Shown here: piece by piece, positions 1 through 12,612 of the stretch
Layout of the letters: each line of letters starts with the position of its first letter
How positions within the stretch are numbered: position 1 is the first letter of the stretch
From: Centroscyllium fabricii
Lineage: Eukaryota
Length of the DNA: 64,000 nucleotides
Assembly (NCBI GenBank): GCA_051313645.2
Contig: JBNRSN020000018.1
Location: forward strand, 35,154,001 to 35,218,000
Direction: 5' to 3'
Made by a program: the position numbers and the translations under genes
Notes under the pieces: generated by a model
Seen by the model: only the letters and a program-made list of their open reading frames with translations
Databases searched by the model: none
What the model was told of the DNA's origin: nothing

Positions 1-187
1 CCTAGATTCAGATCCTTGTAGGCGTAGGTCCTGCTGGCAACTCCCTGCAGTTGTATTTCCTCTTGCTGTTTCAGATTAATAGAATCGCTTGCTCTGTAAA
101 GTTGTGTCCAATTTTATTTGTGACTTCTATCTTGCAGTTTGATGGCGTAGCAGTGCTGATCAAACAAAATGTCCCCTTTCTTTCCAG

Positions 188-342
188 TTGTTTTACATGG
201 TAATAACTTGCTGGTGTTTGGAGGCACTGGAGTCCCCTTTGGTGAGAGCAGTGGGAATGATGTCCATGTGTGCAACGTTAATTACAAGCGATGGGCATTG
301 CTCAACTGTCGAGGGAAGAAGCCCAACCGCATATACGGGCAG
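188..342 (+). CDS. KLHDC10: KLHDC10 exon (VLHGNNLLVFGG...KPNRIYGQ)
   Basis: ttccag acceptor 186-187, gtcagt donor 343; 155 nt. Confidence 0.95.
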
Positions 343-3300
343 GTCAGTGGCGCTCTGCTTTTCAATGAATGGGGGGTGTTGCAGCAAACAATAGCATTCA
401 TTCTTGCTCACTGTCTCCCTCTCCCCTCTCCCCTTTGCCCCCTCTCTCCCTCTCCCCTTTGGCTCCTCACTCCCTGCTTTGGCTTCCTCCCTTTCAATTT
501 CCGCCCGCCCCCCCCCCCCAGCCTTCCTCCTTTTAATGGCCATTTCCAGCCAGCCCAGAACCATGATTCCACTTTGGACTCGAGGAAAATCTCTTCAGGA
601 TTGGTCCAGATTGAATTTGGATCAGACAGTGATGGGGGTTGCAGCTCCAAGACTCTGCTCATCCCTGCTCCTTTGACATGGTCCCAGACACAACCCTTTT
701 GGTTTTGTGCTTGCACCCTTTATTTATTTCCCCCCCCCCCCCCCCTTTCTATCTTTTTTTTCTCTCTCGTTCCCTCTCTCGTCAGTTCTCACCTGCTCTC
801 TTTCCCACCACTGCTGGTGGTGCTGTGCCATTTAAAAAAAAAAAAATCTTAATCAAAGTAATCATTTATTTGGACTCAGTAGTTGAAGAGCAATTTAATT
901 TCAATCTTTTTTATATTTATCTATACATTGTAAAAAAAAAATTTTTTTTAAAAATTGTACCAGGATAAACAACTTTTTTCTTCAAAATTAGTATCGAGAG
1001 TAAATTTTAATATTTGTGCGTTTTATTATTCTTGAATTATAAATGCTGGGTATTGCCCAGTCTGAGTGTGTTGTGAACCAGTCTGACAATTTGGCATGGC
1101 GGAATATATCCAGAAACTGCTGAGGTAGTTGGAAGCACAATTTGTTCTTGCTTTGCTACATTACAACCACTTATGATTGTGCTCAGCAAAACTTCGATCC
1201 GAATAGGTCACTAAACTCCGATCCGAATAGGTCACTTCACCCTTCTGTTCTTGATTTGCTATATTACAAGCACTTGTGTTTTTACAATGAGTTCACCCAT
1301 TTCTTCTGAGCAGCTAGCTCGGTTCCTGTTAGATCAGGCCAACCAACAACCTCAAAAAAATAATGTTGCACTCTCCACCCATCCCCTTCACTTCACTGTT
1401 CCATCGATCCCCCAGTTTCCACTCGGGTGCCACATCATTAGTGGTAGGGAAGGAGCAACAATCAGTCTTAATTCCCCCGAGTTGGAAAGGGAGCTAAAAA
1501 ATCAACCAGAGTTCCTGCGCCGATTGCTATCTTGTCGTCCCTGCTGAAAGTGTGTGTGTGTGGCATTGACCGCGAAGCCTTTCCAACTACCTGCTAACAT
1601 TCGCCGTCCGAGGTCCACAATGGAATAATGGCCACTTGACCATCCGTGTATAACGCTATGGGAGATGAATTAGTATTTGATCATATATACGATAGCATCT
1701 CGTCTCATTTTGAATACCTCTTAATGTCTTTTCTCTTTTATTTTATTTTCTCTTCCCTTTTGTTCTCTCCCGGCCGCCTCACCTCTTTCATTTCCTTGCA
1801 AACAATGGGTCCTAACCTGAAACGTCGACTCTATATTTCTCTCTTCACGGATGTTGCCTGGCCTGCTGAGTTTTTCCAGCATTTTTTGTTGTTTGATATA
1901 TGTCTGCCCATTACCAAACAGCAGAGCTGTAAAATGTAGACATTTGCATTTAATGTATTGGCTCGTGTTTTTCCAGGTATAGATGCCATCTCTAATTGTA
2001 GAAGTTGGCTGGGGGAGGCAGGCTAGCGCTTTGTTCTTTATGAAATGGCGTGTTTTTGTTGGCCCAAGTGGTTTTCAAACTTTACTGTTTAGAGATGGAG
2101 TGAAACCCTCCATCCTAACCTCTGATGAACAGCCACACATTGGAGAACAATGTGTATTAGTGAACAGCAACAGAGGTCCGTCGACAGAATTCTTGACATG
2201 CTGTGCCCTGGAAGCATGTTTAACCCAGACAGATCAGTCTGACCTAGCGTCTAGGGACTCTCAGTTTGCCAACTGGTGTTCTGGTCCAAGGATCCTCTGA
2301 CTCTGGGCTGCGCAATACATATTGTGGAGCCTTGGAGGGTCCACATCTAACCACATGTTCCTATTAATTTGCGTATAACTCCAGCTGCTGACACTAACAG
2401 CTCTTGGTGTTCTGGCTTAGGATATATCTAACAGTAGAGGCAACGTTGCTTTAAAAAAAAACAGCCCTTTTCCAAAATTCCAGCCCTACACAATTCAATC
2501 GGGACATAACCAGGGAATACCAAATAGAAGCACAACCTCGAGGACTGCATAGGGCTCGGGGCCACGTGTAGTTCATGAACTGCAGTTTGGACAACCCACC
2601 CAGTCCTAGTCCTTCATCTGTGTATCTTTGCTTTTAACTGTTCCAGGCGATGGTGATCATAAATGGCTACCTGTACATATTTGGTGGGACAACTGGTTAT
2701 GTTTACAACACAGATTTGCACCGATTAGACCTTACAGCTCGGGAATGGATACAGCTGAAACCAAACAACCCTCCGAGCGATTTACCGGAAGAAAGGTGAG
2801 CCACAGCCCATCATTGTCTGGTCAGGCCAACCCCCGAGATCGAACTGTATTTATCGGCTTCTGATCTTGTTGGGCTCGACTGTGTGCTTTTTGCATTTCT
2901 TGGGTGGAACGGATTTTTTTTATTAATGGCTTTGTTGGTGTTTTTTTTAATTAAAAGGGGGGAATCTGTCTCCGGCAGTGAGCTAACGCGATTACCAACT
3001 GAGACTGAGCCACACGGACCAGGGAAGGCCCCGCTTTGATCCTGGTCAGTGTTGAGGTGCATAGTCCATCCCTGCAGATTTAGGACTCTGTCTCCTCCCT
3101 AACCTGGAGTCAATCAGCCTGGATTCACATATTTTGATTGGTTGGGGGGGGGTGTGGAAGTGGAAGGAGGGTGACGATGAGACATATATTTGCAGTAGAG
3201 TATCCCTCTCGAGGCTCACTGGGACACATTCCACAGTGGAATATCCCCCTGACTGAGCAGTGTACTGGTGTGTCCGGCCCCCTGACTGACCAACACTGAG

Positions 3301-6300
3301 TAGACCTCAGCTGGAGTTTTGTGTTCAATTCTGGGCACCGTACTTTCGGAAGGAATTCAAGGCCTGAGGGTCTGGAAGAGAGTTACAGGTTGAACGTCCT
3401 GAATCCGGCAACCTCTGGACCGAGGCTGAGCTGGTTTTCATGTTTTTCCGGACTTCGGAACGTGCTTCTGATGTCCGAAGTCTGGAAATATCACTGTCTA
3501 TCTCTGCTAAGGTGAGATGTGGGATAGATCGGATTTCTCCCTTCCTCCCATATGTGCATTCTTTAAGTCAGTCTCTCTTTCACCTGACGAAGGGGCAGAA
3601 GCTCCGAAAGCTTGTGATTTAAAATAAAACTGTTGGACTATAACCTGGTGTTGTGTGACTTCTTGCAATTGTCCACCCCAGTCCAACACCGGCACCTCCA
3701 CATCATGGAAATATCACAACCTGGGCTCGGGCGTTTCCGGACTTCAGACATCAGAAACACATTCCGAGTCTGGAAATGCCTGGGCCGCTCCACGTCGCGC
3801 TGACTCGCTTCTCCGCCAACAGAAGGGGAGGGACGCTGCGAGCTCTGCAGAGCATCCGATCGCCCACACTAGGCCACCAGGGTGGCGTGGTGCCGTGGCC
3901 GTAGCCTGGCGGAAACACTTAGTGGAGCTGTGTAGATGAAGGAGGATAAAACACAACACTAAAGTTTTATTGCTGTCCTTACCTGGTCTGGCCTATGTGA
4001 CTCCAGACCTGCAATAATGTAGCTGACTCTTAACTGCTCTCTGAAATGGCCGAGCAAGCCACTCAGTTGTAAAAAATGAATGGACCACCCGGCATCAACC
4101 TCTGCACCGGCTACGGACACGACAACGGCACGCCCAGTCGACCTTGCAAAGTCCTCTTTACTAACATCTGGGGACTTGTGTCAAAATTGGGAGAGCTGTC
4201 CCACAGACTAGTGAAGCAACAGCCTGACATAGTCATGCTCACAGAATCATACCCTTCAGCCAATGTACCAAACTCCTCCAGCATCATCCCTGGGTATGTC
4301 CTGTCCCACCAGCACAGTGGTATACAGTCAGGAAAGAGTGGCCCTGGGAGTCCTCGACAGTGACTCCGGACCCCATGAAGCCTCATGGCTTCAGGTAAAG
4401 CATGGGCAAGGAAACCTCCTGCTGATTACCACCTACTGTCCTCCCTCAGCTGATGAACCAGTACTCCTCCATGTTGAACACCACTTCGAAGAAGCACTGA
4501 GCAGCAAGGGCACAGAATATACTCTGGGTGGGGGACTTCAATGTCCATCACCAAGTGTGACTCGGTAGCACCACTATTGACCAAGCTGGCCAAGTCCTGA
4601 AGGACATAGCTGCCATTCTGGGCCACTGGCAGGTGGTGAGAGAACCAACATGAGGGAAAAACCTACTTGACCTTGTCCTCGCCAATCTACCTGCCGCAGA
4701 TGCATATGGCCATGACCGCATTGGTAGCAGTGACCACCACACAGTCATTGTGGAGACGAAGTCCCGTCTTCACACGGTGAACACCCTCCATCGTGTTGTG
4801 TGACACTACCACCGTGCTAAATGGGATAGATTCAGAATAGATCCTGCTTTTCTAAACTGGGCACCCATGAGGTGTTGTGGGCCATCAGCAGCAGAATTGT
4901 ATTCCACCACAATCTGTAACCTGATGGGCCCAGCATAACCCTCACTCTACCATTACCATCAAGCCAGGGGGACCATCCCTGGTTCAATAAGGAGTGTAGA
5001 AAAGCATGCCAGGAGCAGCACCAGACGTACCCAAAAATATGGTGCCAACCTGTGGAAGCTGCAACACAGAACTACATGCATGCTAAAAAGTGGAACTCGG
5101 CAATCCCACAATCAACGGATTAGATCAAAGCTCTGCCACATCCAGTTGTGAATGGACCATTAAAACAACTAATGGCAGGAGGAGGCTCCATGAATATCCC
5201 CATCCTCAATGATGGTGGAGCCCAGCAAGTGAGTGCAAAAGCCCAGGCTGAAGCATTTGCAACCATCTTCGGCCAGAAGTGCCAAGATGATGATCCATAT
5301 TGGCCTCCTCCTGAGGTCCCCACTGCCACAGAAGCCAGTTATCAGCCAATTCGATTAACTCCGTGATATCAAGAAACAGCTGAGCGTACTGGATACAGCA
5401 AATGCTATGGGCCCCGACAACATCCTGGCTATCGTGCTGAAGACTTGTGCACCAGAACTAGCTGCACCTCGAGCCAAGCTGTTCCAGTACAGCTACAACC
5501 CTGGCATCTATCCGACAATGTGGAAAACTGCCCAGCTATGTCCTGTCCACAAAGCAGGACAAATCCGATCCGGATACTGCCCTGCCCTATCAGTCTACCC
5601 TTAATCATCAGCACAGTGATGGAAGGTGTCGTCGACAGTGCTATCAAGCAGCACTTGCCAATAACCTGCTCACTGATGCTTAGTTTGGGTTCCGCCAGGA
5701 CCACTCCGCTCCGGACCTCATTACAGCCTTGGTCCAAACATGGACAAAAGATCTGAATTCCAGAGGTGAGAGCTTCTTGCCCTTGATATCAAGGCAGCAT
5801 TTGGCAGAGTGTGGCATCAAGGAGCCCTAGTAAACTGAAGTCAGTGGGAATCTGGGTTGGGGTGGTGCAGGTAACTCTCCACTGGCACAAAGGAAGATGG
5901 TTGTGGTGGTTGATGGTCGATCATCGCTGCAGGAGTTCCTCGGTGCTGCTTCATCAATGACCTTCCCTCCATCATAAAAGGTCAGAAGTGGGGATGTTTG
6001 CTGATGACTGCACAGTGTTCAGTGCCATTTGCCGCAACTCAGATAATGAAGCAGTCCATGCCTGCTTGCAGCAAAACCTGGACGTTGTTCAGGCTTGGGC
6101 TGATAAGTGGCAGGTAACATTCGTGCCACACGAGTGTCAGGCAATGACTATCTCCAACAAGCGAGCGTCTAACCACTGCTCCTTGACATTCAGCAGCATT
6201 ACCATCGCCGAATCCCTCACCATCAATATCCTGGAGTCACCATTGACCAGAAACGTAACAGAACCAGCCACATAAATACTGTGGCAACAAAAGCAGGTCA

Positions 6301-9300
6301 GAGGCTGAGTATTCTGCAGGGAGTGTCTCACCTCCTGACTCCCCAAAGCCCTGCCATCATCTACAAGGCAGAAGTCAGGAGTGTGATGTAATACTCTCCA
6401 TTTGCCTGGATGAGTGCAGCTCCAACAACACTCAAGAAGCTCGACACCATCCAAGACGAAGCAGCCTGCTTGATTGGCACCCCATCCACCACCTTTAAAC
6501 GTTCACTCCCTCCACCGGCGTACCGTGGCTGCAGAGTGTACCATCTAGGTGCACTGCAGAAACTCGCCAAGGCTTCAGCAGCACCTCCCAAATCCGTGAC
6601 CTCAACCACTTAGAATGACGAGGGCAGCAGGTACATGGGAACACCACCACCTCCAAGTTGCCCTCAAGTCACACACCATCCTGACATGGAAATATATCGC
6701 TGTTCCTTCATCGCCGCTGGGCCAAATTCCTGGAACTCCCTCCCTAACAGCATTGTGGGAGTACCTTCACCACATGGACTGCAGCGGTTCAAGAAGGCAG
6801 CTCACCACCACCTTCTCAAGGGCAACTAGGGATAGGCAATAAATATGGCCTTGCCGGCGACTCCCACATCCCATGAACTAATATATTTTTTAAACTCTCA
6901 TCCGAAAGACGACACCTCCGACAATGCCGCACTCCCTCCATACTGCACTGGCAATGTTGACCTGGACTCTAGTCTCAAGGAAAATAAAACAGTCCGATGG
7001 GAAAAGTGAAGAGCGTTGATTGAGGAAGCCAAGGTAAAAAGAGTTCGGAGGGCAATGATCAGGAGCAGAGGGGCTGAACGAGCGGTCACCAGTGCTGAAG
7101 CAAAGGGAGTGACAGAAAAGATCAGTGTTGGAGCAGGGGGTCGGTGTGTGTGTGAAGACATAAGGCAGGACATCAACATGAGAGAGGGCTGAGGCCTTGG
7201 ACTGCCAGGAATTTTGGTGAAGTTACTGGGCACGGAGTCAGTGGGATATGGAGAGCTTGGAGATGCCAGACTTTAAGGTATGGGCTGGAGTGCTTTGTGT
7301 TGTGGCTGGGGTAGCATTGGGTCCTTCAGTCAGCTTCTATTTGCAGATCCCTGTAATAAGCCTGCATGCTGTACTGTGCAGCTTTAAGGAGTGGCGGCCG
7401 GGAAGGGGGTTGGTGGAAAGTACAGCCAAGTAAGAATGTTTGGGGCTACTTGTATTTTCAGGTACCGACATGAAATTGCACAGGACGGACAGAGGATATA
7501 CATATTGGGAGGGGGAACATCATGGACAACATATCCACTAGATAAGGTAGGGAGAGATCACTCTTGTCGCTCAATTCTGGAACAAATGGGAAATTGTTGT
7601 AGGTTTATAAAGTGGTGAGATGTCTTCGTTAACTATTTTGTTAAAGAACTTGTAGGCAACATAAAATGATTGCAGAGGAGAGTGTCCGACTGCTCTTGGA
7701 GCATTGGACTCCGTTCAGAGACCATTTCGGGCTGGGGGGTGTGACCGGGGAGTGGAGGTTCTGAGTGGAATACTCCAGGGGTCAGTGTCCGGCTGGGGGT
7801 GTTGATGCAGAATGGAATACTCCAGGGGTCAGTGTCCGGCTGGGGGTCAGTGTCCGGCTGGGGGTGTTGATGCAGAATGGAATACTCCAGGGGTCAGTGT
7901 CCGGCTGGGGGTGTTGATGCAGATTGGAATACTCCAGGGGTCAGCGATTGGATCAATATTGCTTCCTATCTGCACAGCCATGTGGCTATAGGGTTTAACT
8001 TTTTTGGTGGAAGCTTTTAGCTCCGTTATGCAAATGAAGTTTAATACTAATAAATGTACAATATTAAAATTGGGAGAATGTACAACTGTGTTGCTCAATG
8101 AAGGGAATGCTGGGAAGGGGTTTGCAGCAGCAATCAATCACCCCAAGGGCAGGTATATTGAATCTAGAAGGTCATAATTTAAACTGTTTTAAAACTGTTC
8201 TTTAGATTAGTTCCACCCTTCAATTGTTTTTTACTGTAAGAACTGAAGCAGGAATAGGCCATAAGGCCCTTTTGAGCCTGCTCCACCATTCAATAAGATC
8301 ATGGCTGATCTTCAACCTCAACTCCACTTTCCTGCACTATCCCCATATCCCTCGATTCCCCCAGAGTCCAAAAATCTATCTCTGGTTGAATATACTCAAC
8401 GACTCCGCATCCACAGCCCTTTGGGATAGATAGAGAATTCCAAAGATTCACAACCCTCTGACTGAAGAAATTCCACCTCATCTCAGTTTTAAATGGCTGA
8501 CCCCTTATCCTGAGACTATGCCCCCTGGTCCTAGACACTTCAGCCAGGGGAAAGAATCTCAGCATATATCCTGTTAATCTCCCTCAATCTTATGTGCTTC
8601 AATGAGGTCATCTTTCTTGACTCCAGAGAGTATAGGCTCAATCTCTCCTCCTACGACAACCCTCTCATCCCAAGGATCAATCTAGTGAACCTTCATTGCA
8701 CCACCTCTAAGGCAAGTATGTCCTTCTTCAGATGAGGAGTCAGAGTAAGGTAGTGGCCCTGGACATTCGGCGAGTTCAAAGTGCAGTAGGCTGTGGGAGC
8801 TCAATGGGTCGAATGGCCGCCTTTTGTTCAGTAATCTAGAATGCTTCACACTGCAGCGTTCTATAATAATCTTTGGTGGGGGGCGGAGGAGTTATGGAGG
8901 GAAATGCCGACAATATAAACTTGATTCTCCTCATTCTTCAGCACCCCCGACCCTGCCTCCGATTTCAATCCAAGACTTATTTCCTTTTCAGATACATGCG
9001 TATAACTTGGAGACTAATACATGGGAGGAGATACAAACAAAACCACAGGAAAGAACAGGCAAGTCTGGAACATACCGCTCTGCTAAACGTCGGACAGGGA
9101 CATTGAGCCCCCTTGCAGTTTGAAGGGTTTTTGTTTTTTTAATCTCTTGCGTGCTCGTTTGACTAATTTTCTTCCTCCTCCTCCCATCTCTGTCCTCTTT
9201 CCTTCCATCCTCCCCTTCTTGCTTGGAGTGCAGTTCTAACAGGTGCTGGGTACCCTCCAACACCTCACCCAAGTGGCAATTCACGGGAGCTTTCAGACTG

Positions 9301-12300
9301 CAGTGGAACCTCGGGAAGCAGTGGGATTTGGGGCTTTGATGCCGGAGTCACTCTGAATAATGCTCACAGGATCTGAGCAATATCTGTAAATCTCCGATCT
9401 TTAAAGGAAATGATTTAAAACCACAACAGATAAAATCAGCTGCTTTAACCCCCCCCCCCCCCCCCCCCCCCCAGTGTTTGCTTAGTCTTGTACCACAATT
9501 TCTTTTGGAAGTCTGTCTTTTAAAATGATAAAAACTATTTTCTCTTACTCCAGGACTGCAACAGCCACTTGCTTTTATATAAGCTCTCAAAAAAAAAAAG
9601 TCCCAAGTCACTTCAGAATGGAACATATATGGGGAACAGACACTGAGCCATGGAGGGATTGGCGGAGGGGGGTGGTGATTAAGAGGGGGGTGACAAGAGA
9701 CTTAGTCGAAAAGATGGGTTTTGAGAAAGTTCTTGAATGGGAGGATCGTCCAGAGAGGAGTAGAGCTGAGGTAGCTACAGGCTTTGCTGCCAATGGGTGG
9801 GCGGGCGGGTGGGTGGGCGGGCAGGCGGTCGGTGAGAGGCAGTAATTCACAAAAGGCTAAACGGGAGACCCAAAGGGTGCAGGAGGAGCTGTCAGGCTCC
9901 AGGAGGTTGCAGAGATGAGACTGCAGACATTGTGGCTCAAGGCTGGGGTAGAATTTGAAGGTGGGAACAAAACTTTAGATGGGCAGACCCAACTAATCAA
10001 CCTAAGCCTGTTCTACATATCTTAATTCTGATGTTTTCTGGCACTGGTTTTGCTTGTCTGCCTTAAGGAGGGAAGTGGTGGTGGTTTGCGGGGGGGGTGG
10101 GGTGGTGTGTGTCTGTGTGGAAGTGAGGAGAGTGGGTACGGCCCCTCTACATGGAAGCTAATCAGGCTTTCATTGCAGTCAAAATATCTGCAGAAGTGAG
10201 GTGAGTTTGCAGCAGTTGTTTTGTACTAGTTTTTTTTCGAGGTGGTAGGGCAGCTGCTCTTTAATGGTACAAATTTGCCCTGGAGGTTAGCTTTCTGGTG
10301 TGGTTAGAAACTATATGCATGAGCTCAGATAGAAACTTATTTCTTGTCCCCTCCCCCAAACTATTTCCACCTGAATATTCTGTGACCATGTTCTGAACCG
10401 GGCTTGTGTTTTTCTTGTAGGTTTTCCTGCAGCCAGAAGGTGTCATAGCTGTGTACAAATAAGGCACGGTAAGTGGGAGCTGTTGGTAAGAATGGCATCG
10501 GAGAACTGGAAAATGCTCAGTTGCAAATCTTGTACCCGCCACTGTCTCTCATATTGCATTTCTATACATTGACAAAATACGTTTCTCTGCTTGGGAGTTT
10601 TCTCTCTTCCTGATCCAACTTTGAGAATTAAAATAAAATAATCCCCCTTTGGGCGATGTCGTCGCCTTTCTGTTTTTCAGTGGGCTGCCTGCATCTGGAA
10701 ATTTCTTACCAAAGTTTTAGGTGACCAGTTTATATGAAAGCTTCCATGTGTTTTTTTGTTCCTTCTGCCTCGTGGCTCAGTGGGTAGCACTCTCTCACCT
10801 CTGAGTCAGAAGGCTGTTGGTTCAGGTCCCACTCCAGAGACTTGAGCACTGAGGGAGTACTGCACTGTCGGAGGTGCCGCCTTTCAGTTGAGACCGAGGT
10901 TCCGTCTGTTCTCTCGGGTGGACGTAAAAGATCCCATGGCACTATTTGAAGAGGAGCTGGGGAGTTTTCCCTGGTGCCCTGGCCAATATTTATCCTTCAG
11001 CCACCATCACTAAAACTGATTATCATGTTGCTGTTTGTGGGCGCACGAATTTTCTGCCACGTTTCCTACATTAACAAAAATGCTTCACTGGCTATAAAGC
11101 TCTATGGGACGGCCTGAGATTGTGAAAGGTGCTATATAAGCACCAGTTCTTTTTGTCTTTTCTGTCTCATGATGTGGGGATATTGGGTTATTGAAGTTCT
11201 CCATTTTAGTTTTCAGCAGCAAATAATTGACTCCTTAATCCGGTCATCTTTTGCAGATGTGTATGTGTGTGGTGGGTATAACGGCGAGGTGATTCTTGGG
11301 GACCTCTGGAAGCTCAGTTTACAGACTTTCCAATGGACTAAACTGCCTGCAGAAATGCCAGAGCCGGCTTACTTCCACTGTGCAGCAGTCACCCCAGTGA
11401 GTAGCTGAGTAAAGTTTCCCACACTAGTTTATTTTATTTCTAAACCACAGTCGGTGTCACCGCGGGGCCTGGACTTGTCCTTGTCCTTGTCCAACACCCA
11501 TCCATATCGATATCCAGCAACAATTGCTGATACGCAATCAAGATTGAGAAAGTTTTTTCCCTTTTAACCTACTGCCACCCTAGTTGAGATTCATTAACCC
11601 TAACCCGGGTCTTGTGCAAGGACAAGATGGCGTGCTTTGTTCTATGTTCAATAGTTCTGCTTATGCAAACTTGTACCCTGTTTGCTTTGTTATGGCTTCG
11701 CAACATTGGTCATAAACCAGTAGAGAGCTACGAACAATAATGCCAAGATCCCTTTTTCACCTGATTTTAATTTAGTGCCATGTAGCATGCAAGTCCACTT
11801 GGTATTGATCCTGCTGAAGTGTGTTACACTGCACTTGCCCAAGTTAAAGGACATCTACCAGAGTTTGGCCCATTCCCCAGCGCGTTTAGATCCAGTTGCA
11901 GAAGTTCCTTCTCCTGCGCAGTCCTGACACTCGCACAAATGTTGGTGTCATCTGTGAATTTGGGGACCATTTCCCTCCGCACCCACATCTAGGTCATTAC
12001 TATAAAACAGCAACAGACCTGTGGGGTGCTGCCGGTCATCTTTCCAAAGCAGCTTATGGTCTCTCAGTCTCCTCCTCCCCAAATAAGATCAAACTGCCTC
12101 GAGTGATTCCAGAATATCTGTCTCCGCTGGTCTACCCCGAACACCGTTCCAAGTAGTCCGCTTCAACCCCAGTATCTCTCAGCACAAAATGCTCTTCTCC
12201 CAATCGTGGGAATCTAGAAGGGTAGATCTGAGTGGGGTTCCTTTTTTTTCCTCTAGAGTTCAAACAGTCACTGAATGAATCTCTTGTGCCCACAACTTCA

Positions 12301-12612
12301 CTGAAATACTAGTGTCGACGCTACAGGACTTTGCTTGTGCTGGCAGTACTGCACAGGCCGAGAGACGTTGCTGATCATTCCCTGTGTGTGTGTTTTTTGC
12401 AGGCTGGCTGCATGTACGTACACGGCGGAGTGGTCAACATCCACGAGAACAAGCGGACTGATTCACTCTACAAAATCTGGCTGGTGGTGCCCAGCCTCTT
12501 TGAACTTTGCTGGGAGAGGCTGCTGAAGAGCCTCCCTCACCTAACTCAGTTCTCCACCACTCAGCTGCTCAATCTTGGACTCACGCAAGGACTGGTGGAG
12601 AGACTGAAGTGA
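188..12612 (+). CDS. KLHDC10: Kelch domain-containing protein 10, 5'-partial; join(188-342,2647-2795,7462-7546,8992-9058,10421-10468,11257-11396,12403-12612)
   Basis: Seven AG/GT(GC)-bounded exons (854 nt) splice in frame to VLHGNNLLVFGGTG...YRHEIAQDGQRIYILGGGTSW...FPAARRCHSCVQI...VPSLFELCWERLL...LGLTQGLVERLK*, which I recognise as the vertebrate KLHDC10 kelch repeats plus C-terminal BC-box region. Confidence 0.96.
1189..1236. repeat. 24-bp tandem duplication
   Basis: aaact(t/c)cgatccgaataggtcact twice. Confidence 0.85.
1806..1895 (+). mobile_element. Degenerate single arm of the same Penelope-like repeat
   Basis: acctgaaacgtcgact...gatgttgcctggcctgctgagtttttccagcatttt. Confidence 0.5.
2647..2795 (+). 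CDS. KLHDC10: KLHDC10 exon (AMVIINGYLYIFGGTTG...DLPEER)
   Basis: ttccag acceptor, gtgagc donor; 149 nt; kelch GG motif. Confidence 0.95.
3495..3705 (+). mobile_element. Penelope-like element terminal fragment carrying a hammerhead motif
   Basis: 211-bp insert flanked by 12-bp direct repeat TGGAAATATCAC (3483-3494, 3706-3717); hammerhead core followed by AATAAA. Confidence 0.7.
3580..3617 (+). ncRNA. Minimal type I hammerhead ribozyme motif
   Basis: TCAC-CTGACGA-A-GGGGC(AGAA)GCTCC-GAAA-GCTT-GTGA: 4-bp stem I, 5-bp stem II, palindromic AAGCTT in place of stem III. Confidence 0.7.
3975..6890 (+). mobile_element. Degenerate APE-type LINE (family A, CR1-group-like), near full length
   Basis: Endonuclease start (FTNIWGL...PDIVMLTES), RT fragments (GPDNI, FADDCT), C-terminus FKKAAHHHLLKGN*, AATAAA tail; many frameshifts. 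Confidence 0.85.
7462..7546 (+). CDS. KLHDC10: KLHDC10 exon (YRHEIAQDGQRIYILGGGTSWTTYPLDK)
   Basis: tttcag acceptor, gtaggg donor; 85 nt. Confidence 0.95.
7728..7945. repeat. ~47-bp minisatellite, about 4 copies
   Basis: ggtcagtgtccggctgggggtgttgatgcagaatggaatactccagg repeated. Confidence 0.85.
8245..8735 (-). mobile_element. CR1/HER1 LINE 3' fragment
   Basis: SRTRGHSLRIRG..FFSQRVVNLWNSL and HER1-type tail. Confidence 0.85.
8992..9058 (+). CDS. KLHDC10: KLHDC10 exon (IHAYNLETNTWEEIQTKPQERTG), GC donor
   Basis: tttcag acceptor; CAG|GCAAGT donor is the only nearby site that keeps frame with the next exon; 67 nt. Confidence 0.9.
9059..10420 (+). other. GC-AG intron of KLHDC10
   Basis: CAG|GCAAGT donor; G|GT makes the Gly of G-FPAARRCH. 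Confidence 0.88.
10421..10468 (+). CDS. KLHDC10: KLHDC10 exon (GFPAARRCHSCVQIRHD)
   Basis: ttgtag acceptor, gtaagt donor; 48 nt. Confidence 0.93.
10770..11150 (+). mobile_element. tRNA-derived Deu-domain SINE (SacSINE1/AmnSINE-like) with L2-type tail
   Basis: gtggctcagtgggtagcactc head, gtaaaagatcccatggcactattt...ggccaatatttatcc core, gtgaaaggtgctatata tail. Confidence 0.78.
11257..11396 (+). CDS. KLHDC10: KLHDC10 exon (DVYVCGGYNGEV...YFHCAAVTP)
   Basis: ttgcag acceptor, gtgagt donor; 140 nt. Confidence 0.95.
12403..12612 (+). CDS. KLHDC10: KLHDC10 terminal coding exon (AGCMYVHGG...VERLK*)
   Basis: ttgcag acceptor, TGA at 12610-12612; BC-box-like PSLFELCW. Confidence 0.96.
   Translation, partial: AGCMYVHGGVVNIHENKRTDSLYKIWLVVPSLFELCWERLLKSLPHLTQFSTTQLLNLGLTQGLVERLK

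Larger units (their letters stand above)
3386..3790. mobile_element. Partial related MITE, interrupted by the Penelope-like insert
   Basis: TA+CAGGTTGAAC..AATCCGGCA start resembles the 21473 TIR; internal TCCGGACTT repeats; right TIR not found. Confidence 0.45.

Noticed and set aside
169-852. 227-aa ORF as a stand-alone gene
   Set aside because: Only 188-342 is KLHDC10 exon; the rest is read-through into pyrimidine-rich intron.
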